Source: Macrostomum lignano
Lineage: Eukaryota
Assembly: GCA_002269645.1 (NCBI GenBank)
Contig: NIVC01000137.1
Span: forward strand, 559,339 to 623,338
Reading direction: 5' to 3'
DNA length: 64,000 bases
The first letter of the stretch is position 1. Each line of letters begins with the position of its first letter. Positions 12,091 to 24,790 of this stretch are shown here, piece after piece. Made by a program: the position numbers and the translations under genes. The notes under the pieces are model-generated. The model worked only from the letters and a program-made list of their open reading frames with translations. It had not been told where the DNA came from and made no database searches.

Positions 12091-15000
12091 ATGGTGATCA
12101 AATCGCTTACAACATTCGACGATGCCTGCGCAGATGGGTGAGAAAAATTGAAGATATTTTATATTAGTTTATAGAAAATTACTGAAATCGAATTTCAAAA
12201 TAAGCTTACAAAATGTTTCAGAATTCACATGCTGAATTTAGCACATAAACCTGTACTATGGACTTGCATTGTGTTCAACTTGCTGATCACGGCTATTGGT
12301 TTAGTTGGTAAGATTGTTGCGGGTCATGAATTGTATTGTTTCTCTAATCTATTGTTAACAGTGTCTAACTCATTGTGAGTAGTGTCTAACTCATTGTGAG
12401 TAGTGTCTAACTCATTGTGAGTAGTGTCTAACTCATTGTCAGCAGTGTCTAATTCATTGTTGGTAGTGTCTAATTCATTGTCAGTAATTGTCTAATTCAT
12501 TGTCAGCAGTGTCTAATTCATTGTCAGCAGTGTCTAATTCATTGTCAGCAGTGTCTAATTCATTGTCAGCAGTGTCTAATTCATTGTCAGCAGTGTCTAA
12601 CTCATTGTCAGCAGTGTCTAATTCATTGTCAGCAGTGTCTAATTCATTGTCAGCAGTGTCTAACTCATTGTCAGCAGTGTCTAATTCATTGTCAGCAGTG
12701 TGTAATTCATTGTCAGCAGTGTCTAATTCATTGTCAGCAGTGTCTAACTCATTGTCAGCAGTGTCTAATTCATTGTCAGCAGTGTCTAATTCATTGTCAG
12801 CAGTGTCTAATTCATTGTCAGCAGTGTGTAATTCATTGTCAGCAGTGTCTAATTCATTGTCAGCAGTGTCTAACTCATTGTCAGCAGTGTCTAATTCATT
12901 GTCAGCAGTGTCTAATTCATTGTCAGCAGTGTCTAATTCATTGTCAGCAGTGTCTAATTCATTGTCAGCAGTGTCTAATTCATTGTCAGCAGTGTCTAAT
13001 TCATTGTCAGTAATTGTCTAATTCATTGTCAGCAGTGTCTAATTCATTGTCAGTAATTGTCTAATTCATGGTCAGCAGTATCTAATTCATTGTCAGTAAT
13101 TGTCTAATTCATTGTCAGCAGTGTCTAATTCATTGTCAGTAATAGTCTAATTCATTGTCAGCAGTGTCTAATTCATTGTCAGCAGTGCCTAATTCATTGT
13201 CAGTAATTGTCTAATTCATTGTCAGCAGTGTCTAATTCATTGTCAGCAGTGTCTAATTCATTGTCAGCAGTGTCTAATTCATTGTCAGCAGTGTCTAATT
13301 CATTGTCAGCAGTGTGTAATTCATTGTCAGTAATTGTCTAATTCATGGTCAGCAGTATCTAATTCATTGTCAGTAATTGTCTAATTCATTGTCAGCAGTG
13401 TCTAATTCATTGTCAGCAGTGTCTAATTCATTGTCAGCAGTGTCTAATTCATTGTCAGCAGTGTCTAATTCATTGTCAGCAGTGTCTAATTCATTGTCAG
13501 CAGTGTCTAATTCATTGTCAGCAGTGTCTAATTCATTGTCAGCAGTGTCTAATTCATTGTCAGCAGTGTCTAATTCATTGTCAGCAGTGTCTAATTCATT
13601 GTCAGCAGTGTCTAATTCATTGTCAGCAGTGTCTAATTCATTGTCAGCAGTGTGTAATTCATTGTCAGTAATTGTCTAATTCATTGTCAGCAGTGTCTAA
13701 TCCATTGTCAGCAGTGTCTAATCCATTGTCAGCAGTGTCTAATTCATTGTCAGTAATAGTCTAATTCATTGTCAGCAGTGTGTAATTCATTGTCAGTAAT
13801 TGTCTAATTCATGGTCAGCAGTATCTAATTCACTGTCAGTAATTGAGTGTCTAACTCATTGTCAGCAGTGTCTAATTCATTGTCAGCAGTGTCTAATTCA
13901 TTGTCAGCAGTGTCTAATTCATTGTCAGCAGTGTCTAATTCATTGTCAGCAGTGTCTAACTCATTGTCAGCAGTGTCTTATTCATTGTCAGCAGTGTCTA
14001 ATTCATTGTCAGCAGTGTCTAACTCATTGTCAGCAGTGTCTAATTCATTGTCAGCAGTGTCTAATTCATTGTCAGCAGTATCTAATTCATTGTCAGCAGT
14101 GTCTAATTCATTGTCAGCAGTGTCTAATTCATTGTCAGCAGTGTGTAATTCATTGTCAGTAATTGTCTAATTCATTGTCAGCAGTGTCTAACCCATTGTC
14201 AGCAGTGTCTAATCCATTGTCAGCAGTGTCTAATTCATTGTCAGTAATAGTCTAATTCATTGTCAGCAGTGTGTAATTCATTGTCAGTAATTGTCTAATT
14301 CATTGTCAGCAGTGTCTAATTCATTGTCAGCAGTGTGTAATTCATTGTCAGCAGTGTCTAATTTATGGTCAGCAGTATCTAATTCATTGTCAGTAATTGT
14401 CTAATTCATTGTCAGCAGTATCTAATCCATTGTCAGTAATTGTCTAATTCATTGTCAGTAATTGTCTAATTCATTGTCAGCAGTGTCTAATTCATTGTCA
14501 GTAATTGTCTAATTCATTGTCAGCAGTGTCTAATTCATTGTCAGTAATTGTCTAATTCATTGTCAGCAGTGTCCTATTCATTGTCAGCAGTGTCTAATCC
14601 ATTGTCAGCAGTGTCTAATCCATTGTCAGCAGTGTCTAATTCATTGTCAGTAATAGTCTAATTCATTGTCAGCAGTATCTAATTCATTGTCAGTAATTGT
14701 CTAATTCATTGTCAGTAATTGTCTAATTCATTGTCAGTAATTGTCTAATTCATTGTCAGCAGTGTCTAATTCATTGTCAGTAGTGTCTAATCCATTGTCA
14801 GCAGTGTCTAATCCATTGTCAGCAGTGTCTAATTCATTGTCAGTAATAGTCTAATTCATTGTCAGCAGTGTCTAATTCATTGTCAGCAGTGTCTAATTCA
14901 TTGTCAGCAGTGTCTAATTCATTGTCAGCAGTGTCTAATTCATTGTCAGCAGTGTCTAATTCATTGTCAGCAGTGTCTAACTCATTGTCAGCAGTGTCTT

Positions 15001-18000
15001 ATTCATTGTCAGCAGTGTCTAATTCATTGTCAGCAGTGTCTAACTCATTGTCAGCAGTGTCTAATTCATTGTCAGCAGTGTCTAATTCATTGTCAGCAGT
15101 ATCTAATTCATTGTCAGCAGTGTCTAATTCATTGTCAGCAGTGTCTAATTCATTGTCAGCAGTGTGTAATTCATTGTCAGTAATTGTCTAATTCATTGTC
15201 AGCAGTGTCTAATTCATTGTCAGCAGTGTCTAATTCATTGTCAGTAATTGTCTAATTCATTGTCAGCAGTGTCTAATTCATTGTCAGTAATTGTCTAATT
15301 CATTGTCAGCAGTGTCTAATTCATTGTCAGTATCTGTCTAATTCATTGTCAGCAGTGTCTAATTCATTGTCAGCAGTGTCTAGTTCATTGTCAGTAATTG
15401 TCTAATTCATTGTCAGCAGTGTCTAATTCATTGTCAGCAGTGTCTAATTCATTGTCAGCAGTGTCTAATTCCTTGTCAGCAGTGTCTAATTCATTGTCAG
15501 CAGTGTCTAATTCATTGTCAGCAGTGTCTAATTCATTGTCAGCAGTGTCTAATTCATTGTCAGCAGTGTCTAATTCATTGTCAGTAATAGTCTAATTCAT
15601 TGTCAGCAGTGTGTAATTCATTGTCAGTAATTGTCTAATTCATGGTCAGCAGTATCTAATTCACTGTCAGTAATTGAGTGTCTAACTCATTGTCAGCAGT
15701 GTCTAATTCATTGTCAGCAGTGTCTAATTCATTGTCAGCAGTGTCTAATTCATTGTCAGCAGTGTCTAATTCATTGTCAGCAGTGTCTAATTCATTGTCA
15801 GCAGTGTCTAATTCACAGAAATTTGTTTCGCTCAACTTGAACACACAGGCAACAGCCTCGCCTACCTGGTACTGACGGGCCGCAGTCGGAGCAGATCCTG
15901 TCACGGCTCCCTGTACCTGCGCTGGCTCAGCGTGGCTGACTGCTGCGCCCTGCTGCTCTCCGGGCTGCCGCTCACTCTCGAGCTGCTCACCGCGCACGCC
16001 CTGCAGTTGCCTAGCAACCATCCTGCTGCCATCGGTGTCAGCCTCAACTCCTATCCGACTTGTGTGCTCAGACTCTACGCTGCTCAAGCTGCTCCCCTGG
16101 TTGCCACCGGCTTCATCGTGCTGTTCAGTCTGGAGCGCTGCACTGCAGTTTTGGCGCCGCTGCTGCCAACCAGACGAAATCGTCTGAGACAAGCCGCGGT
16201 GGCGCTTGCCGTGGCTTCGGGCTCCTGCCTGGCCTGCGTCCCGGCGCTGTTCAGCTTAGAGGAGTCGACGACGGGACTGAGCGGGAATGGGACCGGCTCC
16301 ACTGCGGGTGGAAGCTGCCACGCAAGGTGCCAGGATTCGGGGTTAAAATGGCTATGGTTCTGGCTTGGCTAGATGACTGATGAAGTGGTTGAGATCATGG
16401 GAACGGGACAGTTAACGGGACTTTAGACAGGTTGGGATGATAGAATAAGATGTCATGATGGGATGATGTCACGGTAGGATGTCGTGACGGAATGTCTTGA
16501 TCTACTCCTATGTGATGTACTCCTATGTGACGGACTCTTAAGTGATTTAGCAATCGGAACAGAAAATTTCAGACTGCAAGCTGGTTTTGGATAGCAGTTA
16601 AAAATTTTCACCAATTTTTTCTCGTATTTCTACTATGAGTAGACGAATCAGGGAATAACGTTTTTTACTACAAACTGTCTAATTTAGCTAGAAGTTTTTA
16701 CAACCCTTTTAGGGCGCCACTTCACGCCGCTTCCGTGACTTCCTACACCCTGTTGAGGTGCGTGGTGCCCTTCATCATCACGGCCGCTTGTAACGCACTA
16801 ATCTGGCGCCGGATTCGAGCCCGCAGACTCGAGCCGCATCTCACGAACTCCTCCGCCTGGGCCAAAGCTGAGAGCAGTCGCAGCGAACGATTAGCAACTA
16901 GGAAGCTGCTGCTGATTTCTGCAACTTTTCTAGCGCTGAACTTTCCATTGGCTGTGCATCACGTTGTCATGCTGGTGGCGAGTCCTCGCTCGCACTGCAG
17001 TCCGCTGGCGGCCGACTCACTGGCCGTGAGCGCCAGCCTGAGCTGCGCCAACTTTGCCGTTAATTTTGCGCTCTACTGTCTGAGCGAGCGGCAGTTTCTG
17101 AGAGCGGTGACCTGGCTGCTGTTCGTTGGCCGGGGTCGAGTTGAAGCGTCGGGTAGACGGCAGCGTGTACTGAATCGCTTCATCAGCTACGTGTACCAGC
17201 ACTCCGTTAGAGCCTTCGCCACCGGTCCCAGAGCAGTCAGCGCCAACGGAGAGGAGCTGAGGCGTGCGGGGAATCGCCGAACGCACAGACAACAAAACAG
17301 GCCGACTTCGATGAGGTAGATTTTGCTAACTATAACTGTGATAGCTTATAGGTATAGGGACAATGAAGCAATCATGGTAATGCACCTATAGACTACGAAG
17401 AAGAAGAACTAAAAGAACTAAGAACTAAAGAAGAACTAAAACTACATACAGTACACACGATAATCTGGGAGCGATGGTGCAGTGACCAAACTGAATTCTA
17501 CATACAGTAAACTGGGAGCGATGGTGCAGTGACCAAACTGAATTCTACATACAGTAAACTGGGAGCGATGGTGCAGTGACCAAACTGAATTCTACATACA
17601 GTAAACTGGGAGCGATGGTGCAGTGACCAAACTGAATTCTACATACAGTAAACTGGGAGCGATGGTGCAGTGACCAAACTGAATTCTACATACAGTAAAC
17701 TGGGAGCGATGGTGCAGTGACCATAATAAACAGAGCTGCACACATTTCCAGACCTGGGTAGCTCGATGCCTTATTAATGTAGCCTATGTGAATTCATATA
17801 GCATCTCAAAGCCAAATGGTTCACCTTAAAACTAACTCTCATCTTCATCATTCCTTTCGTAATTAAATCTGACTTTCAGACTCCGCAAGCGGTCAACTCT
17901 GCAGCATCAATATCCTCATCAAAGCCAAGGCGGACAGATCCTCCAACAGTGGGATGCAATCGGCCGGACTCGCCCAGTGACCGCTGACCTGTGGGCCCCT

Positions 18001-18048
18001 GACCTCATCGGAGACATTCGATTTATGGATTTGCCTGACGAGCTGTAG
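12091..18048 (+). CDS. Rhodopsin-family (class A) orphan peptide-receptor-like GPCR; 5 exons, about 460 aa
   Basis: Manual splice model with GT-AG introns and matching phases: exons 12091-12137, 12222-12307, 15849-16326, 16713-17315, 17880-18048 (1383 nt). TM1 FNLLITAIGLVG|NSLAYLVL, TM2 YLRWLSVADCCALL, TM3 FSLERCTAV, TM5 LLRCVVPFII, TM6 LLISATFLALNFP, TM7 ANFAVNFALYCLSERQF. The 5' start is less certain (acceptor-like TTAACAG at 12078). Confidence 0.85.
12355..15815. repeat. 21-bp minisatellite filling GPCR intron 2
   Basis: Unit TGTCTAATTCATTGTCAGCAG (22-bp variant ending GTCAGTAAT), about 160 copies; source of the SNSLSAV and CQQCLIH ORFs. Confidence 0.97.
17465..17722. repeat. 47-bp tandem repeat in GPCR intron 4
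   Basis: CTGGGAGCGATGGTGCAGTGACCAAACTGAATTCTACATACAGTAAA x5.5, essentially identical copies. Confidence 0.95.
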
Positions 18049-18512
18049 CCATGGAACACTACATACAGAGCATCGATCGGCACGCTAGAAGATTTTCTCG
18101 GCAAGCTTTTTGCAATAAACACGGGCATTGCTAGAACAAATATTAACTCAATTACTGTCTTCATTTGTCCAATTTACCTAATAGATTCTCATGCCTCTGC
18201 TGAGAAGTAATTAAGTAAAATAAAAAATGGCTGAGGCAAAACGTGTAGCAGGTTAATGGACCGCCGACTGTGGAGGGCGCTGAGACAGGCTCGGTCTCTG
18301 CACCGTTCTTAGAATGCTGTTGAGTTGCTTGCCTACCCATGGTACCTCATAAGCAGTAATTTATCATATTTATTGTCTTTTATAAGTCTGACAAAAATAG
18401 TTCTACCTGTTGTGACCCTAAACTTTGTCCTCGTGGACTGCTTTATTGGAGTCTGAGGATGAAAGACATTTGATCAACTATGTTTAACACTTTCCGGAAT
18501 CGTGAATCGTGA

Positions 18513-20268
18513 AGTAGAGTAGAGTAGAGTACAGTAGAGTACAGTACAGTATAGTATAGTACAGTAGAGTATAATAGAGAGAGTACAGTAGAGTAGAGTA
18601 GAGTAGAGTAGAGTAGAGAGAGTAGAGAGAGTAGAGTAGATTAGAGTAGAGTAGAGTAGAGTAGAGAGAGTAGAGAGAGTAGAGTAGATTAGAGTAGAGT
18701 AGAGTAGAGTAGAGTAGAGTAGAGTAGAGTAGAGTAGAGTAGAGTAGAGTAGAGTAGAGTAGAGTAGAGTAGAGTAGAGTAGAGTAGAGTAGAGTAGAGT
18801 AGTGTAGAGTAGAGTAGAGTAGAATAGGAGTAAAGTAGAGTAGATTAGAGTAAAGTAGAGTAGAGTAGAGTAGAGTAGAGTAGAGAGAGTAGAGAGAGTA
18901 GAGTAGATTAGAGTAGAGTAGAGTAGAGTAGAGAGAGTAGAGAGAGTAGAGTAGATTAGAGTAGAGTAGAGTAGAGTAGAGAGAGTAGAGAGAGTAGAGT
19001 AGATTAGAGTAGAGTAGAGTAGAGTAGAGTAGAGTAGAGTAGAGTAGAGTAGAGTAGAGTAGAGTAGAGTAGAGTAGAGTAGAGTAGAGTAGAGTAGAGT
19101 AGAGTAGAGTAGAGTAGTGTAGAGTAGAGTAGAGTAGAATAGGAGTAAAGTAGAGTAGATTAGAGTAAAGTAGAGTAGAGTAGAGTAGAGTAGAGTAGAG
19201 TAGAGTAGAGTAGAGTAGAGTAGAGTAGAGTAGAGTAGAGTAGAGTAGAGTAGAGTAGAGTAGAGTAGAGTAGAGTAGAGTAGAGTAGAGTAGAGTAGAG
19301 TAGAGTAGAGTAGAGTAGAGTAGAGTAGAGAGAGTAGAGAGAGTAGAGTAGATTAGAGTAGAGTAGAGTAGAGTAGAGAGAGTAGAGAGAGTAGAGTAGA
19401 TTAGAGTAGAGTAGAGTAGAGTAGAGTAGAGTAGAGTAGAGTAGAGTAGAGTAGAGTAGTGTAGAGTAGAGTAGAGTAGAATAGGAGTAAAGTAGAGTAG
19501 ATTAGAGTAAAGTAGAGTAGAGTAGAGTAGAGTAGAGTAGAGTAGAGTAGAGTAGAGTAGAGTAGAGTAGAGTAGAGTAGAGTAGAGTAGAGTAGAGTAG
19601 AGTAGAGTAGAGTAGAGAGAGTAGAGAGAGTAGAGTAGAGTAGAGTAGAGTAGAGTAGAGTAGAGTAGAGTAGAGTAGAGTAGAGTAGAGTAGAGTAGAG
19701 TAGAGTAGAGTAGAGTAGAGTAGAGTAGAGTAGAGTAGAGTAGAGTAGAATAGGAGTAAAGTAGAGTAGATTAGAGTAAAGTAGAGTAGAGTAGAGTAGA
19801 GTAGAGTAGAGTAGAGTAGAGTAGAGTAGAGTAGAGTAGAGTAGAGTAGAGTAGAGTAGAGTAGAGTAGAGTAGAGTAGAGTAGTGTAGAGTAGAGTAGA
19901 GTAGAATAGGAGTAAAGTAGAGTAGATTAGAGTAAAGTAGAGTAGAGTAGAGTAAAGTAGAGTAGAGTAGAGTAGAGAGAGGAGAGTAGAGTAGAGAGAG
20001 GAGAGTAGAGTAGAGAGAGGAGAGTAGAGTAGAGTAGAGTAAAGTAGAGTAGATTAGAGTAAAGTAGAGTAGAGTAGAGTAAAGTAGAGTAGAGTAGAGT
20101 AGAGAGAGGAGAGTAGAGTAGAGAGAGGAGAGTAGAGTAGAGAGAGGAGAGTAGAGTAGAGAGAGGAGAGTAGAGTAGAGTAGAGTAGAGTAGAGCAGAG
20201 TAAAGTAGAGCAGAGTGGAGTAGAGTAGAATTAAAGTAGTGTAGATTAAAGAGTAGAGTAGAGTAGAG
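18513..20268. repeat. (AGAGT)n pentanucleotide satellite
   Basis: About 1.75 kb AGAGT array with recurring variant blocks. Confidence 0.97.
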
Positions 20269-20829
20269 AATATTACCCTCGTAGGAGTAGAATCCTAGCC
20301 CCCATATATTCAGAACTTATTGTGCTCAGCATCGGGCATTTAACAGTTATTTAGGACCCACTGCTGGCTTGAGTATAAGAGACCACCCATAGTGCCAGCA
20401 ACTGTGGGACTGCTTTGCAAAAAAGTGGCCACTTACTGCACACACTGCAGATGATTAGACAGGTTACAGACAGGCAAGATAAAATAGAAAAAAGTAACTG
20501 TCACTCATTAAGGTTGACAAACCTGAGGGGGGGTACTGTAATGAACGGTTAATTATGGTACAATTATTTCGCTCCATTAAGAGCTGATTGACCATGTTCT
20601 TATAGTTTTTCTTCTATTCGCTATGCATTGGATAGAATGACCCAATGATATTTGCTGTTTCATCTAAGTCTCTGATTTTCACAGCTCAAAGGTGCACAGC
20701 GGCTGATGTCCCAGCGCATCGTAAAAATTGTCGTCGACGTCAAATGGCGCGTCAGGGAAGGTAATAATTACGAGTGTCAGGGCTGTAAACTAAGTGCTGG
20801 GGGGGGGGTCAGGTAGAGCTACATCGGAG

Positions 20830-21447
20830 TGTCAGGGGCGCCGAATTTTATGTGTCAGGAGGTGCCAAAGTGGATCGTGTCAGGGGGCGCCAATCAGGGT
20901 GTCAGGGGGGCGCCAATCAGGGTGTCAGGGGGGCGCCAATCATAGTGTCAGGTGGCGCCAATCATAGTGTCAGGGGGCGCCAATCAGAGCGTCAGGGGGC
21001 GCCAATCAGAGTGTCAGGGGGCGCCAATCAGAGCGTCAGGGGGCGCCAATCATAGTGTCAGGGGGCGCCAATCAGAGCGTCAGGGGGCGCCAATCAGAGT
21101 GTCAGGGGGCGCCAATCAGGGTGTCAGGGGGCACCAAACTGGAGTGTCAGGGGGCGCCAATCAGAGCGTCAGGGGGCGCCAATCAGAGTGTCAGGGGGCG
21201 CCAATCAGGGTGTCAGGGGGCTCCAATCAGAGTGCCAGGTGGCACCAATCATAGTGTCAGGGATCGATAATCAGAGTGTCAGGTGGCGCCAATCATAGTG
21301 TCAGGGATCGATAATCAGAGTGTCAGGGGGCGCCAATCAGGGTGTCAGGGGGCACCAAACTGGAGTGTCAGGGGGCGCCAATCAGAGCGTCAGGGGGCGC
21401 CAATCAGAGTGTCAGGGGGCGCTAATCAGGGTGTCAGGGGGCGCCAA
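20830..21447. repeat. 22-bp GGCGCC-core minisatellite
   Basis: Unit CAGGGGGCGCCAATCAGAGTGT, about 27 copies. Confidence 0.93.
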
Positions 21448-21899
21448 GTTTAGCAGTCAGGAGCAAGCGCAGAACCGCAGCGAATTTAGTGAAAAGGGGC
21501 CGCTGAATTCAGTTGACATTCACGCGCGCCTTAAGCTCAGATGAAGCGACTCAAACTGAAGAGAAGAAAGAACTCTCCGCAAAACAATTTACGGGTCGCG
21601 ACCCTAACCGGGACCCCGAAAAAGTGAATCCCAAGCCTCGAGCCTGCTTAACGTAAATTTCGTCAGTAACCATTCGAACGAAAAATTTCTGGAATTGGGA
21701 AAACGAATTTATGGCCTGGACTCGGGTGAGCACTTCCTCGGCGTGCTCGTTCGATTAGAAAATACGATTTCGAATAGTTGAGAGTGCTTTGGCAAAGAAG
21801 GTGCAGCAATTCTGGATTGGATGAGCAATTTTCACTGATTGACACTTTTAGAGTCCTTAAGTGCCTTAGACACTGAGTACTTTTCTCACAGAGTGTCTT

Positions 21900-22375
21900 G
21901 GTCACTGAGTATCTTAGTCACTGAGAATCTTAGTCACTGAGTTTCTTTGTCACTGAGTTTCTTTGTCACTGAGTATCTTAGTCATTGAGTATCTTAGTTA
22001 CTGAGTATCTTAGTCACTGATTGTCTTGGTCACTGAGTATCTTAGTCACTGAGTATCTTAGTCACTGATTGTCTTGGTCACTGAGTATCTTAGTCACTGA
22101 GTATCTTAGTCACTGATTGTCTTGGTCACTGAGTATCTTAGTCACTGAGTATCTTAGTCACTGATTGTCTTGGTCACTGAGTGTCTTGGTCACTGAGTAT
22201 CTTAGTTATTGAGTATCTTGGTCAATGAGTACCTTTGTATTTGAGTATCTTAGTCACTGAGTACCTCAGTCATTGAGTACCTTAGTCATTGAGTACCTCA
22301 GTCATTGAGTATTTTAGTCATTGAGTATCTTAGTGATTGAGTATCTTGGTCATTGTGTACCTTAGTCACTGAGTA
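21900..22375. repeat. 16-bp minisatellite
   Basis: Unit GTCACTGAGTATCTTA, about 29 copies, degenerate at the edges. Confidence 0.92.
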
Positions 22376-23577
22376 GGTACATTGGTCTCTTAGTACTTTT
22401 GTAACTGGGTACCTAAACCACTTAGCTGGGTACCTAAACCAAAAACATATCGATAGCTGAATTATGACAATCGAACTATACCTTTTAACCTAAACCTGAT
22501 AGATCGTTAAACCACTTAGCACCGAAGACTCAAGCTAGACCTGGCCTGACCCGATTCGACCTAAGAAAAAATATCCGAGATGGCAATGCAGCAGTTCTGC
22601 CAGCAAGTTCAATGAACCGCGATGCCGTTGATGCAGGGATGGCGACTTTTTGGAGAGTACGGATTACGCAGACTTGAGCCTGGAGACAGCACCCTCTTCA
22701 GTCACTCACGCTTCAGTTGCGATGGCCGGGGATCTAATGCCTCCCCGCCTTCGGTCCCCTTCTCTCCTCTTTCTCCCCTCTATTGCTCATTCGATTTTTC
22801 GAACAACCACCCACATTTAGCATAGTCTAAGCGCTCACGCGCAAGTCGATAAGGACTTACAGCCAAGGAAGAAGAATAGAGCATGCAGAAAGAAAAGTTG
22901 TCATCATTGCCTGAAAGTATAAAAGGAAAGGATTGGGCTAAGGCTTTTCTAGGAAACCATAATGAAAGAAAGCCTGCATGCGGAGAAGACAAGACTAAAG
23001 GGACTCGAGCAAGTAAACTAGCTCAGCGTTCATGCCGCTAAGCCCCTCTGTGCCAACCCCTCGGCCTCACTCACTCTCTCCAATATCCAATCGCTTAGAT
23101 TTTATCATCGGAAACTCATCAGTAGTGGGACTGCAGCGTCACGTATAAAGTAGGATCCCCCCAGCGATTCCCCAGCGAGCCCTGATTTCTAATACCCTAG
23201 CAACCCTCCCAGCTCCCCAGTCCAGAATTGGTTCGGAACTTCTCTCTCTCTCTCTTTCTCTCAAAAGTTTTGGGTGGAGTAGCATTATGGGTGCCACTCT
23301 GTCTGGACTAGGGGGTTTTCAGGAACCTCTATAGCTACACTATCTTTGTCTAAATGTTCCTAATTCCCATTACAGTTGAGATGGCCAAGGCTCAATTTAG
23401 CTATCCGACAGAATTGGGTAAAAGTGTTTCGACTCTCCTGATTGTTATTGGGAAATTTCGATATCTCTGCCTCCTCAGACTGAGTTACTCGTATAAGCAA
23501 CAGCTACTTGGCTTCTTAGGCTATGTGAGCACGTAGAGTAATTTTCAGACAGCGCAAAATAAGCTCTACAAAAACAA

Positions 23578-24280
23578 GACATATCTCCACAGACCATAGA
23601 TATATCTCCACAGACCATAGACATATCTCCACAGACCATAGATATATCTCCACAGACCATAGACATATCTCCACAGACCATAGACATATCTCCACAGACC
23701 ATAGACATATCTCCACAGACCATAGACATATCTCCATAGACCATAGACATATCTCCACAGACCATAGATATATCTCCACAGACCATTGACATATCTCCAC
23801 AGACCATAGAAATATCTCTACAGACCATAGAAATATCTCCACAGACCATAGAAATATCTCCACAGACCATAGACATATCTCCACAGACCATAGAAATATC
23901 TCCACAGACCATAGACATATCTCCACAGACCATAGACATATCTCCACAGACCATAGACATATCTCCATAGACCATAGACATATCTCCACAGACCATAGAC
24001 ATATCTCCACAGACCATAGACATATCTCCATAGACCATAGACATATCTCCACAGACCATAGACATATCTCCACAGACCATAGACATATCTCCACAGACCA
24101 TAGACATATCTCCACAGACCATAGACATATCTCCATAGACCATAGACATATCTCCACAGACCATAGACATATCTCCACAGACCATAAAAATATCTCCACA
24201 GACCATAGACATATCCCCACAGATCATTAGACATATCTCCACAGACCATTAGACATATCTCCACAGACCATAGACATTTA
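23578..24280. repeat. 21-bp minisatellite
   Basis: Unit CATATCTCCACAGACCATAGA, about 33 copies. Confidence 0.95.
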
Positions 24281-24790
24281 CACAAACTATGGACATTTCT
24301 AGACAGCACCACAAGCCATAGAAATAGGATAATAAACTATACAGATAGCACCACAGAGACAGTTTAATCTCTATCCAAGAGACTACCCAGAGACACTCGC
24401 ACAGTGTACTCAGAAAGAGCTCCGACACACTCCCTCTGGTGAAGAAAAAGAAAAGCAAACAGATACTCTGGAGGGCCAGAAAAATGGATGGACAAGGAAG
24501 AAAATACCCCACTCTTTGAAGCTAATCTACCCATTAGGACTAAGGGATTAAGTAAACCTTTCAGTAAAGGGTTGAGGCGCTTTCAGTTCAAAGTGAGGAA
24601 CCGGATTAAAGTTAGCTTCTCGATTGGACAAATTCCAAATGCAATTCGACACCTTAATGATGCTAGTATACTCGTAAAAGAGCTTTTTACAAAATCCTGA
24701 TTTCCTTATTCTGAATTTGATTCCTTGGGACCTCCTAAATGCTCATTTTGTCATGGACTAATTGCATCGATAACTAAATATGCTATTCTT

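Noticed and set aside
12488-15875. (SNSLSAV)n and (CQQCLIH)n ORFs as repetitive structural or adhesive proteins
   Set aside because: They lie within a phase-consistent GPCR intron, are open in several frames and are broken by 22-bp variants.
17465-17722. CRISPR-like regular repeat (also 39771-40021 and 6115-6648)
   Set aside because: Head-to-tail units with no unique spacers, no cas genes, eukaryotic context.
17919-18164. 81-aa minus-strand ORF
   Set aside because: Antisense shadow of the last GPCR exon; no recognisable motif.
20778-21540. Complete MITE around the 22-bp array
   Set aside because: A CAGGGCTG candidate left end exists, but no matching right TIR or TSD was found; the array at 45749-46620 likewise has non-matching flanks.
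21601-21608. Telomere-like CCCTAA
   Set aside because: A single hexamer, expected by chance.
23139-23152. CGTCACGTATAAAG CRE/TATA-like promoter cluster
   Set aside because: No downstream gene could be identified; insufficient support.
23475-24312. MVCGDMS / WSVEICL / GLWRYVY repeat ORFs
   Set aside because: All three minus-strand frames are open, with no signal peptide or splice context; a 21-bp minisatellite.
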